Notes under the pieces: model-generated
Databases searched by the model: none
The model's input: only the letters and a program-made list of their open reading frames with translations
What the model was told of the DNA's origin: nothing
Source: an uncultured Methanobrevibacter sp.
Lineage (GTDB): Archaea > Methanobacteriota > Methanobacteria > Methanobacteriales > Methanobacteriaceae
Direction of reading: 5' to 3'
DNA length: 24,945 nt
Assembly (NCBI GenBank): GCA_902795935.1
Contig: CADBMS010000143.1
Span: 1 to 24,945 of the forward strand
In this document: in pieces, positions 1 through 10,510 of the stretch
Position numbering within the stretch: position 1 is the stretch's first letter
Layout: every line of letters starts with the position of its first letter
Made by a program: the position numbers and the translations under genes

Positions 1-2
1 AT

Positions 3-527
3 AGTGGTGAGGTATTAGTAGATGGTCGAGTAAGAAAAGATTATAAATTTCCAGTAGGATTTATGGATGTAATTCAAATCCCAAAAAATAATGGAATTTA
101 TAGGATATTATCTGATTCAAAAGGCAGATTACTTTTACACGAAATTAAAGAAGAAAATTCAGAATTTAAATTATGCAAAATTGAAAAAATTTCACTAATA
201 AAAGGTGGAAAAATACAACTAGGTTTACATGATGGACGTAATGTTCTAACTGAAGAATCATTAAAAGTTGGAGATGTAGTAAAATTACAAGTTCCAGATC
301 AGAAAATATTAGATAATATCTCTTTTGAAGAAGGAATTATTGGTTTAGTAACTGGTGGTAAACACACTGGTGAAATAGGCACTATTAAAGAAATTAATAT
401 AACTAAATCTTCAATGTCTAACACTGTTGTTATTGAAACTAATGATAATACCTTTTTAACATTAAAAGATTATGTTTTTGTTATTGGAGATAAAGAACCT
501 ATAATATCACTTCCAGGAGGCAAATAA
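3..527 (+). CDS. rps4e: 30S ribosomal protein eS4 (S4e), 5'-truncated by the window edge
   Basis: Frame is open from position 3 ([23 protein letters not shown], an S4e signature). The track ATG at 63 is internal. C-terminal GGKHTG and YVFVIG motifs present. Confidence 0.97.
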   Translation, partial: SGEVLVDGRVRKDYKFPVGFMDVIQIPKNNGIYRILSDSKGRLLLHEIKEENSEFKLCKIEKISLIKGGKIQLGLHDGRNVLTEESLKVGDVVKLQVPDQKILDNISFEEGIIGLVTGGKHTGEIGTIKEINITKSSMSNTVVIETNDNTFLTLKDYVFVIGDKEPIISLPGGK

Positions 528-529
528 AT

Positions 530-1039
530 ATGAATCCTATGGAAGAAGTTATAATATCAAAAGTAACTTTGAATATTGGTGTTGGAGAAGCAGGTGAACA
601 ATTAGTTAAAGCAGAAAACTTATTAAGAAATATGACTGGTCAAAACCCAATAAGGACTTTTTCTAAAGTAACAAATCCTGAATTTGGTATAAGAAAAAAT
701 CAACCTATAGCATGTAAAGTAACTCTTAGACGTGAAAAAGCAGATAAAGCAATTAAAATGGTTCTTGAAGGTATAGGTAATAAATTAAGAGCAAAACAAT
801 TTGATGCTCAAGGAAATGTTTCTTTTGGAATACATGAACACATTGATATTCCTGGAATGAGGTATGATCCTGATATAGGAATTTTTGGATTAAACTTATC
901 AATTACATTTGAGAAACCAGGTTACAGAATTAAAAGAAGGAAAATACAACGAAGAAAAGTCCCATCAAAACACATGGTTACAAGAGAAGAAACTATGAAA
1001 TTTATGCAGGACAAATTCCAAGTTAAAATAGAAGGGTGA
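530..1039 (+). CDS. rpl5: 50S ribosomal protein uL5
   Basis: [32 protein letters not shown] and YDPDIGIFG motifs; spc-operon position. Confidence 0.98.
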   Translation: MNPMEEVIISKVTLNIGVGEAGEQLVKAENLLRNMTGQNPIRTFSKVTNPEFGIRKNQPIACKVTLRREKADKAIKMVLEGIGNKLRAKQFDAQGNVSFGIHEHIDIPGMRYDPDIGIFGLNLSITFEKPGYRIKRRKIQRRKVPSKHMVTREETMKFMQDKFQVKIEG

Positions 1040-1044
1040 ATAAT

Positions 1045-1188
1045 ATGCCAAGAAAATATGGAAAAGCATCACGAAAATGTTCAAGATGTGGTGATCACTC
1101 TGCAATAGTAAGAAGATATGGATTAATGTTATGCAGACAATGCTTCAGAGAACTCGCACCAAAAATCGGGTTTAAAAAGTACAACTAA
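1045..1188 (+). CDS. rps14: 30S ribosomal protein uS14 (zinc-binding type, 47 aa; absent from ORF track)
   Basis: Manual translation [47 protein letters not shown] with CxxC...CxxC; SD GGTGA at 1035-1039; lies between rpl5 and rps8. Confidence 0.97.
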   Translation: MPRKYGKASRKCSRCGDHSAIVRRYGLMLCRQCFRELAPKIGFKKYN

Positions 1189-1206
1189 GTATAGAGGTGT
1201 ATTACA

Positions 1207-1599
1207 GTGACTCTTATGGATCCTCTTGCAGACGCACTAACTAATATGAGAAATAATGAATTACAGGGTAATAAAAAAGCAACAATAGCCCCTGCTTCAA
1301 AATTAATTGGTCGCGTTTTAAAGACAATGCAAAATGAAAAATACATTGGTGAATTTGAATATATAGATGACGGCAGAGCTGGAAAATTCTTAGTTGAATT
1401 AGAAGGTAATATAAACCAATGTGGGGTTGTAAAACCTAGACATGCCGTTAAGAAAGATGAATTTGAAAAATTCGAGAAAAGATATTTGCCAGCAAAAAAT
1501 TTCGGTATTATAATCGTTACTACTCCTGAAGGTATTATGACTCATAAGGAAGCAAAAGAGAAAGGTATCGGTGGAAGATTACTGGCATACATATATTAA
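1207..1599 (+). CDS. rps8: 30S ribosomal protein uS8 (GTG start)
   Basis: [20 protein letters not shown] and [10 protein letters not shown]...GIGGRLLAY motifs; SD GAGGTG upstream. Confidence 0.98.
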   Translation: MTLMDPLADALTNMRNNELQGNKKATIAPASKLIGRVLKTMQNEKYIGEFEYIDDGRAGKFLVELEGNINQCGVVKPRHAVKKDEFEKFEKRYLPAKNFGIIIVTTPEGIMTHKEAKEKGIGGRLLAYIY

Positions 1600-1608
1600 G
1601 GTGATATC

Positions 1609-2142
1609 ATGGTTCTAGCAGCTGCAATTAGGGAAGAAATAGAAATCCCTGAAGGTGTAAAAGTTACCCTTGATGATGAAGTAATTGTTGATGGACCAAA
1701 GGGTAAGATTTCTAGAAAATTTAATCATCCAAAGGTAAATATTACTCAGGAAGATTATAAAGTAATAGTGCAAGCTAATTTTCCTAAAAAACATGATAAA
1801 GCTATGTTAGGTACAATTCGATCACAAATTAGTAATATGATTACTGGTGTAACTGATGGATTCACTTACCATATGAAAATTGTTTACGCTCATTTTCCAA
1901 TGACTGTAAAAGTTAATGGAGATAAAGTAGTAATAGAAAACTTCTTAGGAGAAAGAAGCCCTCGTTATGCAAAAATTAGAGGCGATTCTAAAGTAACCGT
2001 AAAAGGTGATGAAGTATCTGTTACTGGTATAAACAAAGATGATGTAGGTCAAACAATGGCCAATTTAGAACAAGCCACTAAAATTAAAGGAAGAGACCCT
2101 AGGGTTTTCCAAGATGGTATTTACCTTATCAGCAAAGAATAA
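1609..2142 (+). CDS. rpl6: 50S ribosomal protein uL6
   Basis: YAHFPM, IENFLGE and DPRVFQDGIY motifs. Confidence 0.98.
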   Translation: MVLAAAIREEIEIPEGVKVTLDDEVIVDGPKGKISRKFNHPKVNITQEDYKVIVQANFPKKHDKAMLGTIRSQISNMITGVTDGFTYHMKIVYAHFPMTVKVNGDKVVIENFLGERSPRYAKIRGDSKVTVKGDEVSVTGINKDDVGQTMANLEQATKIKGRDPRVFQDGIYLISKE

Positions 2143-2162
2143 TTATATTTTGGTGATTCAAA

Positions 2163-2489
2163 ATGAAGAAAACTTTCAAAAGACAAGAATACGCCAGATA
2201 CAAAAAGCTCGGAATGAATTGGAGAAAAGCCCGAGGAACATTAAGTAAACGACGTAGGTATCAAAAAGGAAAACCAGCAATGCCTACAGTAGGTTACGGA
2301 TCTCCAAAAGCTACACGTGGGTTACACCCATCAGGTTTTGAAGATGTATTGGTATGTAATATGAAAGAATTAGAAGCTTTGAACCCAGAAGTTCAAGCTG
2401 GAAGAATTAGTTCCGCAGTAGGACAAAGAAAAAAAGAAATGATGTTAATAAAAGCAAAAGAACTTGGCATTAAAATTTTAAATAAATAA
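2163..2489 (+). CDS. rpl32e: 50S ribosomal protein eL32
   Basis: FKRQE..RYKKLG..WRK.RG, GYGSP and RGLHPSGF motifs; follows rpl6. Confidence 0.97.
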   Translation: MKKTFKRQEYARYKKLGMNWRKARGTLSKRRRYQKGKPAMPTVGYGSPKATRGLHPSGFEDVLVCNMKELEALNPEVQAGRISSAVGQRKKEMMLIKAKELGIKILNK

Positions 2490-2587
2490 TGTCTGTTTTT
2501 GAGCAATGTTCAAATATTTTATAAAAGTATATTGAATATAGAATCTGAATAAGGGAATATATTATTAATTAAAAGATTTGGATTCTG

Positions 2588-2670
2588 TGAAATGATATAA
2601 CATTTCATGATAAAGGGTTAACTCGAATAATTTCGAGTCATTTTATCAGCTCAATGCTGAAAAAGGAGGT
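2588..2670 (+). promoter_or_regulatory. Structured 5' leader of rpl19e (tandem hairpins abutting the SD)
   Basis: Inverted repeats TGAAATG/CATTTCA (2588-2607), TGATAAA/TTTATCA (2608-2648) enclosing ACTCGAA/TTCGAGT (2621-2638), and TCAGC/GCTGA (2646-2660), then GGAGGT at 2665-2670. Regulatory role is inferred. Confidence 0.5.
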
Positions 2671-2678
2671 TTCATTAA

Positions 2679-3125
2679 ATGAATCTTACTACTCAGAAAA
2701 GATTAGCTGCAGATATCCTAAAAGTAGGGGTAAATAGAGTATGGATTGACCCTGAAAGATTAGAGGAAGTTTCAGATGCAATGACTAGGGAAAAGGTTAG
2801 GCAGTTAATAAATAATAAAGTAATTAAAGCTAAACCTCAAAAAGGTATAAGTAGCTATCGGTCTAAAAAAATAGCTCAACAAAAGAAAAAAGGAAGAAGA
2901 AAAGGTAGAGGTAGTATTAAAGGAGCAAAAGGTGCTAGAAATCCTAAAAAAGAACAATGGATGACTACTATCAGAGCCTTAAGAAAAGACTTAAAACAAA
3001 TGCGAGATGATAGGGAAATTAACACAACAACCTATCGTAAATTATATAGGATGGCTAAGGGCGGTGCCTTCAGAAGTAAATCTTATATGAAAACATATGC
3101 CCGTGACCATGATATGCTCAGGTAG
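2679..3125 (+). CDS. rpl19e: 50S ribosomal protein eL19
   Basis: QKRLAADILKVGVNRVWIDP, GRRKGRGSIKG and YRKLYRMAKGGAF motifs. Confidence 0.98.
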   Translation: MNLTTQKRLAADILKVGVNRVWIDPERLEEVSDAMTREKVRQLINNKVIKAKPQKGISSYRSKKIAQQKKKGRRKGRGSIKGAKGARNPKKEQWMTTIRALRKDLKQMRDDREINTTTYRKLYRMAKGGAFRSKSYMKTYARDHDMLR

Positions 3126-3136
3126 GAGGAATTGAG

Positions 3137-3718
<582 letters not shown>

Positions 3719-3720
3719 TT

Positions 3721-4371
3721 ATGAACAATTACGAAAAGGAAGAATGGGTACCTAAAACTGAATTAGGGCGCTTAGTTAAAGACGGAGTAATTACCGATAT
3801 TGACGAAATCTTTGGAAAAGGACTTCCTATAATGGAACTTGGTATCGTTGATACTCTTTTACCTGACTTAGAAGAAGAAGTTATGGATGTTAACTTAGTT
3901 CAAAGAATGCATAAATCTGGAAGAAAAGTAAATTTCAGAGTAATTGTTGCTGTGGGAAATAAAAATGGTTATATTGGTTTAGGTCAAGGTAAAGCAAAAG
4001 AAGTAGGGCCTGCAATCAGAAAAGCAGTTGATAATGCTAAATATAATATTATTAAAGTTAGAAGAGGCTGTGGTGATTGGGGATGTGTTTGTGGTAAACC
4101 ACATACAGTGCCATTTAAAGTATCTGGTAAAACTGGAAGTGTAAGAGTTACATTAATGCCAGCTCCAAGTGGTGTAGGTTTAGCAATAGGGGATGTTGGT
4201 AAAACTATCATGAACTTAGCAGGAATTAAAGATGTATGGTCACAAACAAGTGGACAAACACAAACTACTGTAAACTTTGCAAATGCAATTTTTAATGCTC
4301 TTAAACAATTAAGTCATGTAAAAGCCCAAGAAATTGATTTAAAAAATCTTGGAGTAATAAGTAGCGACTAA
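3721..4371 (+). CDS. rps5: 30S ribosomal protein uS5
   Basis: [35 protein letters not shown] and PAPSGVGL motifs. Confidence 0.98.
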   Translation: MNNYEKEEWVPKTELGRLVKDGVITDIDEIFGKGLPIMELGIVDTLLPDLEEEVMDVNLVQRMHKSGRKVNFRVIVAVGNKNGYIGLGQGKAKEVGPAIRKAVDNAKYNIIKVRRGCGDWGCVCGKPHTVPFKVSGKTGSVRVTLMPAPSGVGLAIGDVGKTIMNLAGIKDVWSQTSGQTQTTVNFANAIFNALKQLSHVKAQEIDLKNLGVISSD

Positions 4372-4392
4372 ATGAGTTAAACGGTGATAAAA

Positions 4393-4851
4393 ATGATATT
4401 AGCAGTTAGAATTAGAGGTACTGTAGGTGTTAAAAAAGATATTGCAGATACCATGGATATGTTAAGACTCACCAGAATTAATCATGCCGTTTTAATCAAT
4501 GAAAATCCATCTTATAAAGGTATGCTTCTCAAAGCAAAAGATTATATAACTTGGGGGGAAATTGATTTAAACACTCTAACTCAAATTATTAATAAGAGAG
4601 GTCGAGTTGTTGGTGGAAATAGAATTACTGATGAATATATAAAGGATAATACAGATTATTCTTCAATCGAGGAATTTGCACAAGCAATCTTAGATGGTGA
4701 AACTACATTAAAAGATGCAAATATTAAAGTAGTATTTAGATTACACCCTCCAAGAAAAGGTTTTGAAGCAACTAGATTATCCTTCAATGAAGGTGGAAGT
4801 TTAGGATACCGGGGAGAAAATATTAAAGAACTAGTAGTAAAAATGTTATAA
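4393..4851 (+). CDS. rpl30: 50S ribosomal protein uL30 (long archaeal form)
   Basis: [29 protein letters not shown] and LGYRG motifs. Start moved to ATG 4393 because the track GTG at 4384 is part of the SD (GGTGA). Confidence 0.96.
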   Translation: MILAVRIRGTVGVKKDIADTMDMLRLTRINHAVLINENPSYKGMLLKAKDYITWGEIDLNTLTQIINKRGRVVGGNRITDEYIKDNTDYSSIEEFAQAILDGETTLKDANIKVVFRLHPPRKGFEATRLSFNEGGSLGYRGENIKELVVKML

Positions 4852-4891
4852 GTTCTTAATATTTTTTAATATTTTCCAAGGAGATATTATA

Positions 4892-5329
4892 ATGATTAGA
4901 AAAACAAGGAAAATAAATAAATTACGAGGTACCCGATCTAATGGTGGAGGTTGTACCAAAAAAAGAAGAGGTGCAGGTCACCGTGGTGGACGAGGTCAAG
5001 CTGGTGGTCACAAACACCATTGGTCTTGGATGGTAATTAATGATCCAAAGCACTTCGGAAAATATGGTTTTAAAAGACCACAAAAAACCATCAAAAGGGT
5101 TAACCCAGTAAATTTAAGTTATTTAGATGAAAAATCAGTTGAATTACTTGAAAAAGGTTTAGTTACTAAAGAAAATGATTCTATAGTTATTGATGTAACT
5201 CAATTTGGTTACAATAAAGTATTAGGTAGTGGAAGAGTCACTAAACCACTAATAATTAAAGCTCCTGAATTTTCAGCATCTGCTGAATCAAAAATTCAAG
5301 AAGCTGGAGGAGAAGCAGTAATTCTTTAA
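4892..5329 (+). CDS. rpl15: 50S ribosomal protein uL15
   Basis: RGAGHRGGRGQAG, HFGKYGFKRP and KVLGSG motifs. Confidence 0.98.
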   Translation: MIRKTRKINKLRGTRSNGGGCTKKRRGAGHRGGRGQAGGHKHHWSWMVINDPKHFGKYGFKRPQKTIKRVNPVNLSYLDEKSVELLEKGLVTKENDSIVIDVTQFGYNKVLGSGRVTKPLIIKAPEFSASAESKIQEAGGEAVIL

Positions 5330-5373
5330 TTTTATTTTAAATATTCAATTTTATTTAATAGGAGTGAAATTAA

Positions 5374-6717
5374 TTGTTAGAAAAGTTACAGCCTCTTTTT
5401 TCAATATTACCTCAAGTAGCTAATCCTGATAGAAGAATTTCATTTAATGATAAATTAAAATGGACTGCAATAATGCTCGTTTTATATTTTTTTTTAGCTG
5501 AAATAAATTTATATGGATTAAGTTCAGTTGCAGTAGATCAGTTTGCATCATTAAGAGCAGTTTTGGCAGGAAATTTTGGTTCTATTCTAACTTTAGGTAT
5601 AGGTCCAATAGTATCTGCATCAATTGTACTACAATTGTTAATTGGTGGTAAAATATTAAATTTGGATTTATCAAAACATGAAGATAAAGCATTATTCCAA
5701 GGAGCTCAAAAACTTCTAGCACTAATTTTCACTATATTTGAAGCAATGGTGATGGTTTTAACTGGTGCTATTGCAGCAAAATCTGCACAATATACCTGGA
5801 TTCTTATATTACAATTAACTATTGGAGGTATTCTTGTAATCTTCATGGATGAAGTAGTTTCAAAATGGGGATTTGGAAGTGGTGTAGGTTTATTCATTGC
5901 TGCGGGAGTAGCTGAAGAAATTATTGTTGGGGCATTTAACATATTACCTTCACCATCAACTCCAGGAGTATCTGCGGGTAAAATACCTGCATTCATACAA
6001 TCAGTTGCAGCAGGTACACCAACATTTGATAATTTAATTCCTGTTTTTTCATTGATAATAGTATTTCTTGTAGTAGTGTATGCTGAAAGTATGAGAATTG
6101 AAATACCATTATCTTCAGGAAGAGTTAAAGGTGCAAGGGGTAAATATCCTTTAAAATTTATTTATGCGAGTAATATGCCTGTTATTTTGGCAAGTGCATT
6201 ATTTTTAAATGTTCAATTATTTGCAAATTTATTCCAAAAATTAGGTTTTCCTATACTTGGAACTATAGAAAATGGAAGAGCAATAAATGGTGTGGCATAT
6301 ATGTTAACTGCACCTACTAGTTTGGACATGGTAATTACCGATCCATTGCATGTAACTGTATATGCTGTTGTGTTTATATTGGTATGTATATTGTTTGCAT
6401 GGATATGGGTAGAGTTAAGTAATATTGGACCAAAAGCAGTTGCTAAACAATTACATGATATGGGTATGCAAATTCCTGGTTTTAGAAGTAGTAGAAAACA
6501 ATTTGAAAAAATAATGCAAAAATATATTCCTGTAATCACTATATTGGGTGGTGCTTTTGTAGGTTTATTAGCATTTGTTGCAGATTTATCTGGTGCTTTA
6601 GGAGGAGGTACTGGTGTGCTACTTACTGTAGGAATAGTTTATAAATTATATGAAGAAATAGCTCAAGAACAACTTATGGATATGCATCCTATGTTAAGAA
6701 AATTCTTAGGTGATTAA
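5374..6717 (+). CDS. secY: Preprotein translocase subunit SecY (TTG start)
   Basis: About 10 hydrophobic segments; LGIGPIVSASIVLQLL, KWGFGSGVGLFI, YPLKFIYASNMPVIL and GTGVLLTV motifs. Confidence 0.98.
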   Translation: MLEKLQPLFSILPQVANPDRRISFNDKLKWTAIMLVLYFFLAEINLYGLSSVAVDQFASLRAVLAGNFGSILTLGIGPIVSASIVLQLLIGGKILNLDLSKHEDKALFQGAQKLLALIFTIFEAMVMVLTGAIAAKSAQYTWILILQLTIGGILVIFMDEVVSKWGFGSGVGLFIAAGVAEEIIVGAFNILPSPSTPGVSAGKIPAFIQSVAAGTPTFDNLIPVFSLIIVFLVVVYAESMRIEIPLSSGRVKGARGKYPLKFIYASNMPVILASALFLNVQLFANLFQKLGFPILGTIENGRAINGVAYMLTAPTSLDMVITDPLHVTVYAVVFILVCILFAWIWVELSNIGPKAVAKQLHDMGMQIPGFRSSRKQFEKIMQKYIPVITILGGAFVGLLAFVADLSGALGGGTGVLLTVGIVYKLYEEIAQEQLMDMHPMLRKFLGD

Positions 6718-6756
6718 TAAATATTTTATTTATTTATATAAAAGGAGCAATTTAAA

Positions 6757-7314
6757 ATGAAAGTTGTTGTTATGACAGGAATCCCTGGTTCTGGAAGTAC
6801 TACTGTTTTAAAAACTGCATTAGAAAATTTAGATTACATTAATGTAAATTATGGGGATGAAATGCTAGAAATAGCAAAAAATCAGGGAATTGTTGAAAAT
6901 AGAGATGAATTAAGGAAACTTTCAGCATCTCAACAAAAGGAAATTCAAAAAGAAGCAGCTAAAAGTATAAAGAAAAAATCTGAAAATCAGAATATTATTG
7001 TAGATACTCATTGTACAATTAATACTCCTTCAGGTTATTTACCTGGTTTACCTGAATGGGTTTTAAGTGAATTACAACCAGATTGTTTTTTAATTCTTGA
7101 AGCTGATGCAGAAGAAATCTTTTTAAGAAGAATAAGTGATACCACTCGTTCAAGAGATATGGAATCTATTGAAGATATAAACACTCATCAACAAATGAAT
7201 AGGGCAGCATCTATGGCTTATTCAATATTTACTGGAGCAACAGTTAAAATAATTAAAAATCATGATAATCAAGTAGAGAAAGCTGTTGAAGATTTAGTAA
7301 ATACTTTGAGTTAA
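6757..7314 (+). CDS. adk: Archaeal adenylate kinase
   Basis: P-loop GIPGSGSTT, NYGD, IVDTHC and GYLPGLP motifs; follows secY. Confidence 0.96.
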   Translation: MKVVVMTGIPGSGSTTVLKTALENLDYINVNYGDEMLEIAKNQGIVENRDELRKLSASQQKEIQKEAAKSIKKKSENQNIIVDTHCTINTPSGYLPGLPEWVLSELQPDCFLILEADAEEIFLRRISDTTRSRDMESIEDINTHQQMNRAASMAYSIFTGATVKIIKNHDNQVEKAVEDLVNTLS

Positions 7315-7395
7315 ATAATTATAATCAGAGTATTGATTATTCATAGATTAATATTAATTTATTCAATAGTTGATGTAATTACGAGGAATAATAAT

Positions 7396-7956
7396 ATGAT
7401 GAATAGTATTTATGGAATTTTAGACATGATATTTGCTCCATTCATTAGTTTAGATCCAAACCCAAACAATCCAATTTTCACCATTTTTATGATTTCTACA
7501 TTGGTTGCTTTATTAACTACTTTAGCTAATAAGTTTTTAGTTGATCAAGATAGAATGGAAGAAATTAGAGTTAAAATGAAAGCTTTTCAAGAAGAAATGA
7601 GAGAAGTTAAAAAATCTGGTGATTCTAAAGCTATGGAAAAAATGCAACAAAAACAATTAGAAATGATGAGTGATCAGAAAGAAATGATGACTATGTCATT
7701 TAAACCTATGTTAGTCACTATGTTACCAATTTTAATTGTATTTTGGTGGATGGCTCAAGAGCCTCATATTGCGCAAACTGTTGTGATGTTGCCTAAAATA
7801 GCTTATTATTGTTTATTAGTGCCATTATGGCATATGTTGTATCAACCATTACCTTCAACTCCTACTGGGGCTATTGAATGGTTAGGATGGTATGTATTAT
7901 GTTCATTTGCAATGTCCCAAATATTCAGAAAAATATTTGGTCTTAAAACTAACTAA
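7396..7956 (+). CDS. DUF106 / EMC3-TMCO1-like membrane protein (Oxa1 superfamily insertase)
   Basis: TM segment, then a coiled-coil (LVDQDRMEEIRVKMKAFQEE...QKQLEMM), then FKPMLVTMLPIL and WYVLCSF..SQIFRK. Position after secY-adk matches the family. Start set at ATG 7396 after GAGGA rather than track TTG 7333. Confidence 0.88.
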   Translation: MMNSIYGILDMIFAPFISLDPNPNNPIFTIFMISTLVALLTTLANKFLVDQDRMEEIRVKMKAFQEEMREVKKSGDSKAMEKMQQKQLEMMSDQKEMMTMSFKPMLVTMLPILIVFWWMAQEPHIAQTVVMLPKIAYYCLLVPLWHMLYQPLPSTPTGAIEWLGWYVLCSFAMSQIFRKIFGLKTN

Positions 7957-7977
7957 ATTATTTTATTCCTTTTTATT

Positions 7978-7990
7978 TAAAGTATATAAA
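7978..7990 (+). promoter_or_regulatory. Possible BRE/TATA promoter for rpl34e-cmk-rpl14e
   Basis: AAAG followed by TATATAAA (7983-7990) in a 120-nt intergenic gap. The region is very AT-rich, so this could be chance. Confidence 0.3.
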
Positions 7991-8077
7991 TAGTTAAAAA
8001 GAGATATTATATTATGTTATTTAATTTTATGAATTAATTTTTATAAAATTTATTATTTATTTAGGAGAGTAAATTAA

Positions 8078-8344
8078 ATGCCAGCTATGAGATATAGATC
8101 TAGATCATACAGGAGAAGGCAAGTAAGAACTCCTGGTGGTAAAACTGTATTACGTTACAAAAAGAAAAAGACAAATAAGCATGTTTGTGCTGAATGTGGT
8201 AAATTACTTCACGGTGTTCCAAGAGGAAGGTCTTATGAAATTAATAAATTAGCAAAAACTAAAAAACGACCAAATAGGCCTTATGGTGGATATTTATGTA
8301 GTGAATGTGCTCGTAAAGTATTCAAAAGAGAGGCACGGTCATAA
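8078..8344 (+). CDS. rpl34e: 50S ribosomal protein eL34
   Basis: [18 protein letters not shown] and [14 protein letters not shown] (zinc ribbon) motifs. Confidence 0.97.
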   Translation: MPAMRYRSRSYRRRQVRTPGGKTVLRYKKKKTNKHVCAECGKLLHGVPRGRSYEINKLAKTKKRPNRPYGGYLCSECARKVFKREARS

Positions 8345-8865
8345 TGATTATTACTATCGGTGGATTAGCAGGTACTGGTACCTCAACTACTGCTAAAATA
8401 TTATCTAAAATGTTAAATATGCCTTTTGTTTCTGCAGGCGATATTTTTCGTCAAATGGCTGAAGAGCAAAATATGGATATTTTAGAATTTAGCAATCTTG
8501 CCGAGAATAATATTAAAATAGACACTGAAATTGATTATAGACAAGCTAAATTGGCTAAAGAATCGAATAATCTCATATTAGAAGGTAGACTTTCAGCACA
8601 TTTTGTAGAAAATGCTGATTTAAAAGTTTGGTTAATAAGTCCTTTTGATGTTCGTGCTGAGCGAATATGCGAAAGAGAATCAAAAACAATTGATATTGTT
8701 AAAAAAGAAATTATAATTCGTGAAAAAAGTGAATCCTTAAGATATGATGAAATTCATGATATTGATATATCTAATTTAGATGTTTATGATTTAATCATTA
8801 ATACTAATAGTTTTGATGCTGAAAGTGTCGCTAAAATTATAGAAAAAGTTACAAAGGAGATTTAA
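8344..8865 (+). CDS. cmk: Archaeal cytidylate kinase
   Basis: ITIGGLAGTGTST P-loop, SAGDIFRQMA, EGRLS and YDLIINT motifs; TAATG overlap with rpl34e. Confidence 0.93.
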   Translation: MIITIGGLAGTGTSTTAKILSKMLNMPFVSAGDIFRQMAEEQNMDILEFSNLAENNIKIDTEIDYRQAKLAKESNNLILEGRLSAHFVENADLKVWLISPFDVRAERICERESKTIDIVKKEIIIREKSESLRYDEIHDIDISNLDVYDLIINTNSFDAESVAKIIEKVTKEI

Positions 8866-8867
8866 TT

Positions 8868-9089
8868 ATGCCAGCAATAGAAGTAGGAAGAGTTTGTTTA
8901 AAAATAGCAGGTAGAGAATCCGGTGAAAAATGTGTTATATTAGAAATTATTGATGAAAATTTTGTTGAAGTTGTAGGTAATTCTGTTAAAAACAGAAGAT
9001 GTAATATTAAACACTTAGAACCTATGGATGAAACAATCGATGTTAAATCTGGTGATGTTGAAGCTATAAAAAAACAACTCAAAGATTAG
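8868..9089 (+). CDS. rpl14e: 50S ribosomal protein eL14
   Basis: IEVGRVCLKIAGRESG.KCVI and RRCNIKHLEP motifs. Confidence 0.96.
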   Translation: MPAIEVGRVCLKIAGRESGEKCVILEIIDENFVEVVGNSVKNRRCNIKHLEPMDETIDVKSGDVEAIKKQLKD

Positions 9090-9173
9090 ATAATTTTTGA
9101 TTAAATAATTTATTTAATTAATTATTTTAATTAAATGAAAGTTATCCATAATAAAATTAAAATATTGAATTAA

Positions 9174-10139
9174 ATGGAAAATTTTTTTATTAAATCTAAT
9201 TGTGAAACTGATATGGATTATGGTTGTCTACCAGAATCACGTCCCATACAAGAACATATACATAAAGGAATTATCAATTTGGATAAAACATCCGGACCTA
9301 CTTCTCATGAAATTGATTCATGGGTACGATTAATCCTTAATGCAAAAAAAACAGGACATGGTGGAACTCTAGATCCTAAAGTCACAGGTATTTTACCTAT
9401 AGGAATAAATCGAGCAACAAAAGTAATGCAACTTTTACTTAATGCAGGTAAAGAGTATGTATGTTTAATGAGATTACATCAAAAACTTGATGAAATTTCT
9501 ATAAGGGACATATTCCAAGAATTCCAAGGTAAAATTTACCAAACTCCTCCCTTAAAATCTGCAGTAAAACGAGAATTAAGGGTAAGAACTATATACTATT
9601 CTAATATTCTTGAATTAAATGATCAATATGTTCTATTTAAAATTGGTTGCGAGGGTGGAACATATGTTAGAACTTATTGTCATGATATTGGTGAAGCATT
9701 AGGTTGTGGCGCTCATATGGCAGAGTTACGTAGAACCCGTGTTGGAAATTCTTTCATGGAAGATGAAACATTAGTAACACTACAAGATTTAACAGATGCT
9801 TATTATTACTATATACATGATAATGACGAAACACAATTAAGGCATTGTATTCAACCTATGGAAAAAGCAACAATGCATTTACCTAAAGTATTTATAAGAG
9901 ATTCTGCAGTGGATGCTCTTTGTCATGGTGCGGATTTAGCTGCAGGTGGAATAGTGAAATTAACTTCTAATATTAAAAAAGGTGATCTTGTAGCTATAAT
10001 GACTTTAAAAGGAGAATTAGTATCTTCAGGTATAAGTCTTTATGATGCAGATATAATACATAGTGCTGATTCTGGAATTATGTTTGATTCACAAAAAGTT
10101 TTTATGGAGACTGGAATTTACCCTAAATTATGGAAATAA
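9174..10139 (+). CDS. cbf5: H/ACA RNA-guided pseudouridine synthase Cbf5 (TruB family, PUA domain)
   Basis: LDKTSGPTSHE, GHGGTLDPKVTG (catalytic Asp present), KIYQTPPLKSAVKR, GTYVRTYCHDIG and C-terminal PUA domain. Confidence 0.96.
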   Translation: MENFFIKSNCETDMDYGCLPESRPIQEHIHKGIINLDKTSGPTSHEIDSWVRLILNAKKTGHGGTLDPKVTGILPIGINRATKVMQLLLNAGKEYVCLMRLHQKLDEISIRDIFQEFQGKIYQTPPLKSAVKRELRVRTIYYSNILELNDQYVLFKIGCEGGTYVRTYCHDIGEALGCGAHMAELRRTRVGNSFMEDETLVTLQDLTDAYYYYIHDNDETQLRHCIQPMEKATMHLPKVFIRDSAVDALCHGADLAAGGIVKLTSNIKKGDLVAIMTLKGELVSSGISLYDADIIHSADSGIMFDSQKVFMETGIYPKLWK

Positions 10140-10198
10140 TTCATTTAATAGATTTTAAACTTTTTATAATTATTTTTTGTATAAATTAAATGAAAAAC

Positions 10199-10213
10199 CG
10201 AAACCTTTAAATT
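10199..10213 (+). promoter_or_regulatory. Candidate BRE-TATA promoter upstream of tRNA-Ser
   Basis: CGAAA (10199-10203) followed by CC and TTTAAATT (10206-10213), an archaeal BRE/TATA arrangement. Confidence 0.4.
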
Positions 10214-10311
10214 ATAATATAAATATACTTTTTATTACTATTTATAAGATATCTATTTATAGTGAAAATTTATGTATTACATATTTATTGTAAGACTTTT
10301 TTTTCAATCAT

Positions 10312-10398
<87 letters not shown>

Positions 10399-10510
10399 TA
10401 TTGGTACATAAGTGATGTTTTAAAAATTTATAATTTTAATATAATAAAATATCACTATGACAATAACAGCATTACATTAATATGTAATCACAAAATTAAA
10501 AAATATAAAA

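Noticed and set aside
721-733. uL5 motif reads VTLRR instead of VTLRG
   Set aside because: Arg at this position is common in uL5 proteins, so it is not a meaningful anomaly.
2607-2660. Possible box C/D sRNA (ATGATAA ... CTGA, about 54 nt) in the rpl19e leader
   Set aside because: Box C is imperfect, no credible D'/C' pair, and the would-be guides are locked in a strong hairpin. A single kink-turn cannot be excluded.
7333-7395. 21-aa N-terminal extension on the DUF106 protein
   Set aside because: Artefact of an upstream TTG in AT-rich spacer; the SD-like GAGGA supports ATG 7396.
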